Below are positions 1-14,536 of a stretch of DNA of 64,000 nucleotides, in pieces. Position numbers and translations under genes: made by a program. This stretch comes from Rotaria socialis (Eukaryota). The stretch lies in assembly GCA_905331295.1 (NCBI GenBank), contig CAJNYD010000062.1, positions 62,001 through 126,000 of the forward strand, read 5' to 3'. The first letter of the stretch is position 1. Each line of letters starts with the position of its first letter. The notes beneath the pieces were generated by a model. It was not told where the DNA came from, did not search any database, and saw nothing but the letters and a program-made list of their open reading frames with translations.

Positions 1-317
1 TCGTTCGTAAACTCAAAATTGGTCTTATTTGATGCTTTACATGAAATGATGAGATATGACAACCTTTTGACAGTATATTGTAAGTGTAGGATTCATATTT
101 CATTTCATTTTACCGAAAATTTCAAGATTTAATTCGATATATTTCATCAATAAAAAAATTTGATAAGCTCAAAAGCTATATGTAGGAATATTGCATTGCT
201 ACTTGTGCAATTCTAAATAAAATCGTCGATACAAAAATGCGCTTTACGAAATTTTCATCACTATACCCAATATTGACAATTACAGATTCATAATAAAAAC
301 AAACGACTTCAACATAT

Positions 318-2545
318 TTAACATCCAGGCTTCCATTGAGATAATTGCTGAATTGGTTTGAAATCTATCTCTTTAACAGCTGGACTATCGATATTAAGAT
401 TGAAAAAATTACAGTGACTGTCAGCATCAATAAAAAGTGGATCGTCTATGATGCTATTCGTATCATGATTCGTTTCTTGCCATTCACTAAAAACAAGTCT
501 TCCAAGACCAAAAATCATCATATTGCCATATAGATTAAAATAACAATTATAATTCATGATAACCAAAGGTGATGAAAATGGATCTGGTGCTTGAACTTGA
601 AATATCCAACGTCCACTTTCATTTACTATATCATAAACAATATTATGTTGAAAAGTAAACGATAAGTGACTCAGTGATTCACGACGATATAATGAAAGAG
701 CACCATCACTTTGATTACTTGATCGAGCTAGAATATTATTTTGAAATGTATTATTGAAACCATAAATCATAGTGAAAGCAGCTGAACCCGTATTATAAAC
801 AATTGTATTAGTTATCATCAATTGTGAAGTTCCATCAGCTAAATAAACGCCCCAATCATACAAAAAATATCCGTAAATATCATGTAAAACATTATTTGTA
901 ATTAGTGTTCCATTAAGAAGACCACATGTATAAATACCAGCAAGATCACTCAATAGATATTGTCCAATATGATGAATATAATTAAAAGATATGCTATGAT
1001 TATACGATGAACTTTCGTCATAACTCCTAAAATAGTCAATGAAAAACTATAAAAAATAATGATCGATTTTTCGTGCTATTATTTTAAATAAAATAAAAAC
1101 TTACCATGACCAACCAATTTGAATAGCTGTATGGAAAAATTGATATATACTATTTTCTGTTATTAAGACATTTATTGTTGCGCGTTGTAAAAGAATGCCA
1201 ACACCCATAGGAAATAAATGGCCACCATCATACAATGTACAATTTCTGACAATAATATTTTTTATCAATTCACTAGATTCACTTTCATTCTTCTTGGCTC
1301 CTATACCTATTCTCACACCGCCTGCTCCTAAATCATAAATTCTACTATTTTCAATATTAATGTGTTCACATTTTCGATCTATTTGTATCGCATAACCAGC
1401 TGTATGTGCAATTTCTATATTATTGAATTTAATTTGACTTGAATTACGTAAATAAACAGCAACTATTGATTTATCTAAATAATCAGCAGCTGCTCGTCCA
1501 TCAATAGGAATAGTTTTATTGATTTTAGATATCATCCATGCGCTATGTTCAATTCCAATTGAATTCCATTCCATTTGATGTACTTTTATGATTGATAGAA
1601 TTGTTTCAAGAATTGGTAAAATGATAATAGTTGTTTGCAGACTTTCATTTTTTCGAGGATGATAATATAAAATCTGTGTGATCGAATCAAAATAAAATGA
1701 ACCCTCTTCATTTAACATTCCTTCATAAACATTTTCAAGATGAAAACGTTGACCTGACTGTTTAATAATCGATGTATTACCAATAACTGATAAACATGGA
1801 TTAGAAAAAGTGATAGTACGATTTTGTGGAAATATTTTAGAAAAATAATGTCGTGATGCTGTATATGAATGATAAATGATAAATTCAGTTGTAGATGTTG
1901 AACTAAGTGTTATATTATCAAATTGGTTTTCGCGATAAATAAAACCTTGATAGGCAAGACGTGTACGATTATCAAGTCCTTTTTCATAAGTAAAATAACT
2001 AGTTGCAGGTAAACGACTTCGTGTAGCACGATGACCATTGACAAACAGTTGAGTAACAGCAGATAAAGAAACAGGAACAACACTATTCCATATCTTTGTA
2101 AAAGAAGAATATTATTATAATGCATAAAATATTTCCACATACTCACTCCTTTATCATTAATCCAATTAGTTAAATGGATACCTCCACTGATTATTGGAAA
2201 GTCTAATTCAATGAAATTTGTTTTCCTTGATAATCGAATTCGATTTTGTTCATCACGTGTCATTGCTGTATAAATTGTAAAATGATCACGTTCATCAAAT
2301 ATTAATGTGTGATGTTTCACAAAATGATAAGTAGGATACAGAGCTACACGCCGAAACGAGGATCGAATAATAGTACGAAGATAGTCACGAGCTTGTTCAA
2401 CTGTTGAAAATGGATATTCCAATGTACCATCTTCTCCTCCGTTTAGTGGTGATGAAGATGGGACAACATAAATTGAAATTGAGAATGAAGCAAATGTTAA
2501 ATTGATTATTAAAAACAATAAAATATAATAAGTAAACAGATGCAT
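318..2545 (-). CDS. Secreted right-handed parallel beta-helix protein, GH141-like glycoside hydrolase of bacterial type; 3 exons (2545-2147, 2093-1105, 1026-318)
   Basis: GT-AG introns 2146-2094 (53 bp) and 1104-1027 (78 bp) join three ORF-track pieces into one frame. Hydrophobic N-terminus MHLFTYYILLFLIINLTFA. Motifs DGTLEYPFSTVEQARD, PIISGG, QLFVNGHRATRSRLP, ENVYEGMLNEEGSFYFD, DLGAGGVRIG and GWSWSY...NYIHHIGQYLLSDLAGIYT are typical of bacterial GH141-like beta-helix proteins. Confidence 0.8.
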
Positions 2546-4069
2546 TTTTAGGCGAAAACAAAAAGATTTCTAACGACGATTGTTATCTTGTAGATCCATA
2601 CGCAACAAATATGATAATGAAAACATGCCTATTTATCAAAGGGACGCGTATCCTAATTCAAATGTTGACGTTAGCTTGCTCACAAAGCATTTTATCATTT
2701 ATTATTCTTCGAGGAGTCATCGGTATTTCGATATTTATTCAAATTCACGAATTTAATTTTCGATAATTCATCATATTCTTGTTTTGATGGAAGAAAGTCA
2801 TTTTTCAACATGCCAGCTCTCATGCTTTCAATTTTATTTGAAATCAGTTGCTAGAATAAACAAAAATATCCGAATAGTATATTCCAATTGTTGAATGATT
2901 TCACTTTTTAACTACTAGTAATCTTCTAATAGTTGTCATTTGAATAAATTGAAAAATAAATGAATTTTCCGCTAATAAAGTGTGATAAAACTTCCCTATT
3001 TCGACAGAAATAACTTTCCTTAATATTTATAATGTCATTATTGATCTATAATATCAAATTTGTAGAATATTAAATCTTCGTCCCAGTAAAGATATGATAA
3101 AGATATCATCGATATTAATAGATTCAAAATAGAAAACCTCTAGATAATAAAATGTGCTGATTGACATAATAAGAGAAGAAATTATCTCATATTAAGAAAA
3201 AGATATACAAACTCCATTTAATATTGGGATTATCTATTATCAATCTATGATTCAATGAACTATTCAAAAATATGTTATCATGCGATTAGCCACATGATGC
3301 AGGAAAAAAGACGTAAGAAATATTTATTTTAACAAAGAATAACTATTGATATTATTGTAAGAGCAGGCCTTAATCAAGTTTTATTTTACTATTTGAGAAC
3401 TAATACTATCAGTATGCTGAATATGTAATGGTTCAAATATTGCTTAAAGTTATTTAAGCAGATTTATAATTATTGCAATATTCTTAATTATTCCATGTAT
3501 AATTTCCCTATGAAATCGTCATTTATAACGTTAATTTAGCCATGATACAATTAACATATATGAAAAGGTGTTGTCATGATCGCAAACAGTCGATTTTTGT
3601 GTATTTCGTTAATTGATTAAATTTATAATGATGTAAAAATTGCATAAAAAGGAGTACAAACATTTTTCATAAAGATTGTTTTGTATATTAATGGAAAGAA
3701 AATCGTCTTATAATTTTAAGCTAAAAAGAATTTTAATTCAAGAAAAAAAGCATTTATTATGAAAAATTTATATACGCTAATCTGAAACTATTAGATTATT
3801 TCTTACGTGTTAATATATATTTATTCATAGATCTAATTGATATACAAATCTACTTTACATCCAATAAACTAATAACGATAAATTAATAATTATATATATA
3901 TATTCAAATAGGGAAAATGGATAAAAAATAGATAATACAAAGTTCAAGAAAAGATAAATATAGACAAAAAATGAAAAGGGTTCTACCGGTTCAACTCAGT
4001 TTTAAATCTATTGTCAAAACGCAAATTTTATATTTAATATACATATTAAGATTATTGTCGATTATCATA

Positions 4070-6566
<2,497 letters not shown>

Positions 6567-6602
6567 TTAATCTATAATTAAATGAAATAAAAAAAATAAA
6601 TT

Positions 6603-9378
6603 CTACAGAGCAATATTTGATATTGTAATGAAAGCAAGTGTGCCGCTTGATTTCGATCGAAATCGATTGTCTTTATCTGAGAATTCTCTTCTTAAATTTA
6701 ATTTTCTTTTCTCTATACCACCGAAAAGAATAAGTTCACTTCGAGTATATATTAAAGAATAATAAAGTGACGAATGTGATGGACTACCAAATACAGATGT
6801 GCATTTTGATGGTAACCATGTAACACATGGATTCGATGAAAATATATTTGATAAGTCAAGTCGATACATTTGAAAACCACTTGATAAATCCATCATACTA
6901 TATCTATTGTTAATATATGGTAATTGGGATCGTTTAGATGTTGTTGAACAACGATTTCTTTCATCATTTTCATCACTTGAACTGCTTGGAAAAGATGATG
7001 AAACAGTTAAGACGTCATCACGACTTCTTTTATCGCAATGAGAAAAATCATATTGACTGTATGCATGACGTTCATGTTCAGTTGGATGTCGTTTTAATCG
7101 ACCAAATGTTATTAAAATATTCGATGGGGATATCATACAAAATGGTAAATAAGATAAATCGTCGTTACTCGGTGCAAAATCATTCGGATATTGATTATTA
7201 ACTGCTATTTGTGTCCATTGATTTGTTTGAAAAGAAAACATCCATACATCACGGCAAACACGAGTTAAAGATGAACCTCCAACAATTAAAATATTTTCAG
7301 AATTTAATGTAAATTGAGAATGACCTAAAGAAGAAAACAAAAACTCGTTAAAACATATCGTTGAGTACATTTCCGTACTATACAAAAATAGTTGTCAACA
7401 TTTTATTCCCTATATAGATTGATGTTTTGACCATCAATGTATATTTTCAGAAAAAATTTGATCGCACTCACATCGTATTAACGTACTCGCTTTTCATGAT
7501 AAGAAAATAAGTAATGGAAACGTGCTAACTCGGATATTGTTAATGTGTTTGAAAGATTTTCTCAACTATTTTTTATCAATTTTTCTAGAACGATGCCGAA
7601 AAATCTCTTCTTGTATCCAAAGAGAATATTCAATAGAGTAATTGTATAGCAGAGTAATATCTAATTTTTTTTTCTCTATTTTTGAAGATCTTCTGTCATC
7701 AGTTCGATTATTCATATGTAAATTGAAAATTTACTATTATAGCTTCAATGAATAAATTTCTCTTGAAACAGTTCTAGTAAAACATTTAAAAAATGAAAGA
7801 TAAAATACTTATGATGCACGGCTTCGTGAACCTCTTTTAAATATGAAGCCTTATATAGTTCATTAGATTAGCTCTCTCAAATATTATTCAAAGTGTAAGA
7901 AAAACTAGATAGCTGTGCAGCATAAACATCCTCGATTGTTTTGTCTCTCACATGCAGAACTTTTTTTATTATGAAAATTTAGTTAGCATCATCTTTACGT
8001 GTTATAATAAATAGCTCTGATCGAATTGTGATTATCATTTTATTTGTTGAAGAATGATGAAATCTTGGAAAAAATACTCAAAGTATTATTTTTATTATCG
8101 GTGTGTACTGAAAGAAAGTAGCGTACATTATTCTGTACGATGTCGAGATACTTTACTACTCACCCCCATGGATCGTACTAGATGTAAACATAGAAACATC
8201 ATAGATTGCCACAAGCAATGCTGATATAAGACTGAAGACTATTGATTATTAGCAATTTTATAAAAAAAAATTAGGGCAAAATTATTTTTTCATTGGTGAA
8301 GAATTAAGTAGTGAAACGTATCTCAAAACAGAAACAATACAATTATCACCGTATAACTATCAATAACAAAGAAATTTCTTTCCTCATGTCTTAATTCTAT
8401 CGAATTTCGGAAACGACTTTTATTCCTAGATCATTTTTTTTATCTTTAAATAACCTTCTCTTGGTTCTGGTCTGATTCCATCAACATGAATCATTGTCCA
8501 AGTATTTGTTTGAATATCTGTCCATTGCCACAAATCGTTTGTACTTTGAGGTGTTGCTTGTTGACTTTGATCGTTTGTTAGAGTACATCCACCAAAAATA
8601 ATCATTCGTTTTTGATTATTTACAGTCACCATCGATGCACTATGGCCACAAATAGGACCAGGTTCATTAAAATTTACATTTAACTTCCACGAATTTCTTT
8701 CTAATGAATATGCATGAAGTTCATTATGCAGTTGTTTTCTCATATGTATATCATCAATATAAATCATAGAACGCCCACCAAATAATATTAAATTACCTTG
8801 TTCATCGTCAATAAATGTTGATGAACATTTTGGTGGTGGATAACTTCCTGTTGCTAAAATTCTTTCCCAACTAAAAGAATTGAATATCAAAAAACAAAAC
8901 AAAAAATTAGAAAAGTGAAAATTAACCTTCTTGTTGATAAATCCAAACTCCAAAAATCATTAAGTGATGTAGCCATATCTCGATTACCACCAAATACATA
9001 TAACATCCGTTTTGAATCGACATAACAAACTGAATGTGAAAAACGTGGCGTTAAATTAAACTTTGCTGGTGGATCAATTAGATGCCAATGAATTGAAACT
9101 GATGACGTTGATAAAGATAAACTATCATAGAAAGTATTCATACGCCAACTTTTAATCACACGCCAAAGTCTTTCCCATTGTCGACATACAAGTCGAATCG
9201 ACGCATAATCTCTTTAGAGAATAAATAGAAAAATAATGAAATATATCATCTCAAAAGAATTTCTTTTTGTTATTTACTTATATGGTAAAAGAGATCGAAA
9301 AATGCGTAATAAAATTTCTTCAGGTAGATCCTCTATAGATCTTGAATACACACAAATATCGTCATTATGGCTCATCAT
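6603..9378 (-). CDS. FBXO42: F-box/kelch-repeat protein FBXO42-like; 4 exons (9378-9278, 9211-8927, 8870-8455, 7324-6603)
   Basis: F-box EDLPEEILLRIFRSLLPYKDYASIRLVCRQW. Kelch repeats PRFSHSVCY..MLYVFGG..NDFWSLDL, ATGSYPPPKCSST..LILFGG, GHSA..MIIFGG, EPREGHSQ..LIVGG and C-terminal SELILFGG match the FBXO42 architecture. Intron phases are consistent. Confidence 0.88.
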
Positions 9379-10612
9379 TTAACGATAAATATTATCACCA
9401 AATAATCAGCTGATACTTTTAGTAATCGAAGCACATGACTAATGTATTTCCTACTAGTAAGGCAGTGATGCAACTATATTTATTTTTGTTGGATAAAATT
9501 TTCTCCAATGAGAAATTGTCATAGTTTTTGCTCTTGTTTTTTTTTGTTATTCGTCCTTCATGTTTGACGTCCATCTACTTACTGTCCCCCGCCTTTTTTC
9601 TCTTTATTGAAATCTATTTTGATTCATAAAATAAAAGTGTGGTGAATAAAAATTACGTTTGATTCTGCAGGTAGTCGGTCATTTTTATTATTTCACTATC
9701 AATTATAACCCTAATTTCTTTTGCAGAATTCAAGATTTGATATCAAACGGTGGAAAAGCCCTTTTGCATGGTAGTTATAAGTGAATTCTTCCAAGTTTAG
9801 TGTATGTGTTGATTTCTTGCAAACAGAATCAAGGAAGTTACTCATTTTATTTTTCTTCTTCCTAATCTTATTGCCACATTTGTAACAATAGCATAGTTTG
9901 TGTCAACTAGAATTACTTGCTTGTGTAAGAAGGATGAAAATAGTTGCTGTAGAAAGGTAGTATTAACTTGAAAATAAAAGTTGAATTTTTTTAACTGGTT
10001 AATAAACAAGAAAAAGAAAAAACAATGATCTGTTCGAAAAGATAGTCCCTTTTTTATGAATTCTTTTGTTGATGTATCATGTATTTTAGATTAATTCTGC
10101 TCTATTTCTGTATATATATATACTGTAAGTTTTTCAATAACTATCAACGAAAAAGAAGTATGTATTTATGCTTTGATCCACATCTGATACACATATGTTT
10201 AACAGACGTCTATCAAGTCAATCATTATAATATTGTGGCGTGAAGGTTTTCTTTTCATTGACAATTGAGACCATTCTCGAACGGTTCAAGGTAAGTCTAA
10301 AGAGCAATCAATTGTGACAAGGATGATCATTGTCAAACTTGACATCATCATAAAAAAGACGTTGTCGATCTTGACTCGCTTTTGTTTTCTTTTTTCTTTT
10401 TTCTTTCTTCTTCACATATTGAATGCACAAAGTAAGTTAAGCCAATGAATAAGAAGCGTCGGGCTCATTGACTTTCGGAGACGAGAAAAAAAAGGCATAT
10501 GTACGACATAGTATGTTACAAAAGAGAAAAGTAACGACTGCGCAGAAAGAATAAGATTCTGTAAACAAGTGTTTGTTTTATCATAAATTTTGTTTTTTAG
10601 TAAACAAAAATA

Positions 10613-13497
10613 ATGGCTGACTTTTATGAAATACTCGAAGTTACAAAAACAGCCACAGAAGATGAAATCAAAAAAGCGTAAGTAATACGTATAAACATTA
10701 ATCTTTTTTTATTGGATATATATTATGTAAATTTTAGATATCGACGATTAGCTCTAAAGGTAACTGTTGTGTTAAATTATTAGAACATATTTTAACTGAA
10801 CTATTTTAGTGGCATCCGGATAAAAATCTTACAAATAAAGCTCAAGCAGAAGAAAAATTTAAATTAATATCTGAAGCGTATGAAGTTTTATCTGATAGTA
10901 AGTAGAAAAAAAGAAATTTTTCTAGACAAAATCAAGCATTGATTTCATTTGGAAACCAGTATCAGCAGTAGTCGTTTATTTTTTTCCCCTAATAAAAAAA
11001 ATATAAACAGGTCGTGGACGATTTTTATACGATCAATTGGGTCCATCAATTGTTTATAGCGAAAGAACAAACGAAGAACTTGAAGAATTATTTCGTACGA
11101 TAATTGTTGATCAAGAATTTTCCAAAGTCTGTCAACAAGAATTGAAACAACACGAAAAATTTCCTCACAATAACTCTTCATCATTACTCAATCCAATAAA
11201 TGAATATGATTATGAAGAAGTTTCAGTAATTGACAATGAAAATGAATTAAAACCACATATTGTTCATGAAATAAATATGTCTGTTCATTATGATTTCGAA
11301 ATTGATGAAAACAGTTCAGATTTAAGATTGATTAAAAAGTATTTTAATATAATTAAACAAGAAGATCAAGATGTGCCAAAAAAGAATCGTTTTTCAAATT
11401 TAAATTTATCAAATGATATTGATCGTTTTGTTAAAATGCATGATTATCTTCATCATTCACAACAACATGAAACAAAAACGAGCAAGCAAGAATTAAAAAA
11501 AACCCAGAAATCTATTATAAAACAACGCGAAACAAACAAAAATCAAAACAAACCTGCAATAATAACATCAGCAAATCAAAACAAACCTGCAACAATAACA
11601 TCAACAAATCAAAACAAACCTACAATAATAACATCAACAAGTCAAAGCAAATCAAAAATCACAAAATCGACAAATCAAACAGATGAATTTGATTCGGCTG
11701 CTTTAGCTCACATTGTCGAACAACAATTAGAGGCTGCTCGTCGAGCAGCTTCAATGAAAAATTTTAATCCAATTCCAAATCAATCAGTTCGTAAACAAGC
11801 AGTTAATCGAGCAAAATTTGTTCAACCACCAAAATTGAATTCGAAACCAACAGAACAAATTTCTCGCCATCGTATTGATCATATTGAATTTCCTAAAACA
11901 ACTCTCACTCGTTCTTTACGTAAACCATCAAATCCCAATGATGAAATCATTTCGAAACCCGTCGAATCAAAAACTGAACGACAAAAGCTTTTATTACTTG
12001 ATCAACAAGGATTATTATTATCTACCATCGCATTAGGCGCACGAAAGATTCCAGATAATATTACATCGATTGAATTACTTGAAGTTCCAATTAGAAGAAA
12101 AAATGGAAAAGAATATCAAGGCTTTCAACTTGTTAGCTTTGAAACGCTTGATGATAATCCTATTCCTGAAAGTCCTGTTCTTCGCCGTACGAAATCAATG
12201 AGACAAAATAATAAGACAAGCGAAATACCAAATAAACGTTTGTCAACAGATATTGATAATGGAACATCACAAAACTTCTCTAAATTAGCTTCGCCGTTGA
12301 AAAGTATCAAACGTAATATGCATCATAAAAATGAAACAGCACTTAATAATAAACAAGTATGCAAAGAAGATATAAAAGGTAGGAAATTGTAATAAGATAG
12401 CATTGGGAAATTGTAAAACAGTTAGAATTGACGACTACTGCTGCTACTGCTGATAATTTTATTAATCTTGCTCTGAAATAATTAATATTAATATCTAATG
12501 AATTTTTGAAATAAATTGCAGAAGAGAAACGTCGAAAATACGATCAATTAGGTCGTGCTGGTTTATCGAATTCCTATGGTAATGGTTTTTCATCTAGCAA
12601 CAGTTATGAAGGATTTTCAGAAGATTTCCTTAACCAAACATTTCAATTTCACAATCCATTCGATATTTTTGAACAGTTCATGTCACACTTTGGTATGGAG
12701 GATGATTTTGGTAGGTCAATGTTCTTTTTTTTCAAAACAATAAGCTCTTTCATAGACAATGAAATGCGAGCTTTGAAATATTGCTTTTTTTGCTTATTGT
12801 TTTTTTTTAGACATATTGAAAAATCATATTTTTCTCTCTGGTGAGAATACCAGAAGAAAAACACAAACTTTGTATTTATTTTTTCCCCCAAATGATGCTC
12901 GTATAATGCATGAGGTGATTTGGAATGTTTGATATATCCTTAATTAAAATATTAATTACTAGATCATTACTGTTTAGCCGTTAAATGTTTAACTATTTTT
13001 CTTTCTTTCTTTCTTTCTAGGTTTTGGTATGAATCCATTTGCTAATTTACAACGGCATCAAAATACTCGAAACCCAAACTCGTCTACATCGAGACATGCA
13101 CCACAACAAATGACATTGTTCGATAATTTCTTTTCTCCGATGAGAATGCCTGTATTTGATCATCAAACATTTGCTCATGGTTTTGGAGGAAATAATTTGG
13201 GAACCGTTTCATCATTTAATATATCCTATGGGTTTGTATATTTAGGAAAGAGTAATATTTTACATTATCTATTTATAGCGGTGGTTCTCAACCAATATCA
13301 AAAAAAACGACAAAATCGTCTAAAATAATGAATGGTCGACGCATAACAACTACAAGGTAAAAAAAATTCCCAAATACATTTTTATGCTAAAATATTTTTT
13401 TAGAGTGGAAGAAAATGGCCAAACAATTGAAATTGTTGAAGAAGATGGTCAAATAAAGTCAAAAAAGGTTAACGGAGTTTTACAATCTATTAAATAA
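10613..13497 (+). CDS. DNAJB6: DnaJ/Hsp40 class B chaperone, DNAJB6/DNAJB2-like; exons 10613-10677, 10738-10759, 10810-10897, [cassette 11011-12378], 12522-12710, 13021-13231, 13279-13356, 13404-13497
   Basis: J domain [10 protein letters not shown]...IKKAYRRLALKWHPDKN...[28 protein letters not shown] with the HPD motif, then a G/F-rich region ([13 protein letters not shown]). The C-terminal [42 protein letters not shown] is characteristic of DNAJB6/B2/B8. Confidence 0.9.
11011..12378 (+). CDS. Putative 1368-bp symmetric (phase 1-1) alternative exon of the DNAJB6-like gene, encoding 456 low-complexity, charged residues
   Basis: Stop-free for 456 codons in AT-rich DNA. Preceded by ttttttcccctaat...aaacag and followed by AAAG|gtagga. 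Starts (S)[10 protein letters not shown], paralogous to (K)[10 protein letters not shown] at the start of the next exon. Confidence 0.7.
11541..11672 (+). repeat. Coding tandem repeat, 33-bp unit x3 plus one degenerate copy ([11 protein letters not shown] / [11 protein letters not shown] / [11 protein letters not shown] / [11 protein letters not shown])
   Basis: aatcaaaacaaacct(g/a)caa(t/c)aataacatca(g/a)ca recurs at 11541, 11574 and 11607. Confidence 0.9.
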
Positions 13498-13750
13498 ATC
13501 ACTGAATCATTCAGAACAAATAAAGCATTCGCATTCCAACACATATACAAGCATGAAACTGTTTCTATACATATGACATATTCATGAATTTTCTTTTTGT
13601 ATGATTTATGTGTTGTTCAATCGAGGAATTTTTTTCTATTTTTCACGAATCGAAGGATATTCTGGTTTTTTCTTTTTCTTTTCTAATTACGACTAAAGTG
13701 CTGATGCTGTCCTACGCTCATCTGTTTCGTTGTGTGCCTGTGTTTATGTC

Positions 13751-13754
<4 letters not shown>

Positions 13755-13786
<32 letters not shown>
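13755..13786. repeat. (TG)n microsatellite
   Basis: Run of gtgtgt... upstream of the calmodulin-like gene. Confidence 0.95.
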
Positions 13787-13788
<2 letters not shown>

Positions 13789-13895
13789 TAGTATACGAGA
13801 TATTTATTAAAATGAATCGGAAAAGATAAGCAGTAAAGTCAAATCAAAACTAACAGCAAAATTCTTTAACAGTTCTTAATTTTAGAGAACATATA

Positions 13896-14536
13896 ATGAG
13901 CCAGTCTAATGACAGCACTTTGGTAGGTGGAACACGTTCTCAAAATTTATCTTTACCTATTGAATTATCAGCGGAAAAGATACAAGATTTTCAAGCTGCT
14001 TTTAGTATTATGGATACACAATCGAAAGGTTTTGTAGGAGCTGAAGATATCATTCAAGTAGCAGAAGCGGCAGGTATTTTTTAAAGAAAACCTGATGTTT
14101 CACTGTCTGATCTATTATTTTTTGTTATTAATCTTTGAAGATATGACATTAGCAGTGAATGAAGCACAACTACTACTTGGTTCAGCTGATGAAGATCATT
14201 CAGGTGGCATTGATATGAGAGAATTTATTTCAATAATGACGACGCCTATTAATACAGAAGATCTAGAAGATGAACTTCGTGCGACATTTCGCGTATTTGA
14301 CAAAGATGGAAATGGAACGATTAATGCTAATGAACTTAAACGATTTGTTCGAGTAAGATAAAAACCGCCAAAACGCGAAAAGAGATTCGTTTTCATTATC
14401 ATTTTTCAACCATATTTAGTTATGGGATAGTGAATTAACAGAAGACGAAGCTGATGATATGATCGTTCAAGCTGATCCAAACAAGACAGGTTCAATTACT
14501 TATGATGCTTTCATACAATTTCTTCTTCATACATAA
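13896..14536 (+). CDS. Calmodulin-like four-EF-hand protein with N-terminal extension; 3 exons
   Basis: Spliced at GCAG|gtattt...tttgaag and CGA|gtaaga...tttag. EF loops DTQSKGFVGAED (degenerate), DEDHSGGIDMRE, DKDGNGTINANE and DPNKTGSITYDA (degenerate). Calmodulin-like helices ELSAEKIQDFQAAF, EDELRATFRVFD and ELTEDEADDMI. Confidence 0.85.

Noticed and set aside
1910..2146. Hydrophobic C-terminal tail of the 211-aa ORF as transmembrane segments
   Set aside because: It is read-through into a 53-bp intron and the wrong frame; splicing restores the beta-helix protein.
11541..11672. 33-bp repeats as a CRISPR-like array
   Set aside because: The units are contiguous, have no spacers, and are in-frame coding repeats in a eukaryotic exon.
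11037..12392. 451-aa ORF as a stand-alone nested gene
   Set aside because: The track start is a TTG. The frame extends to a splice acceptor at 11010 and begins with a J-domain helix IV paralogue, so it fits better as a DNAJB6 exon.
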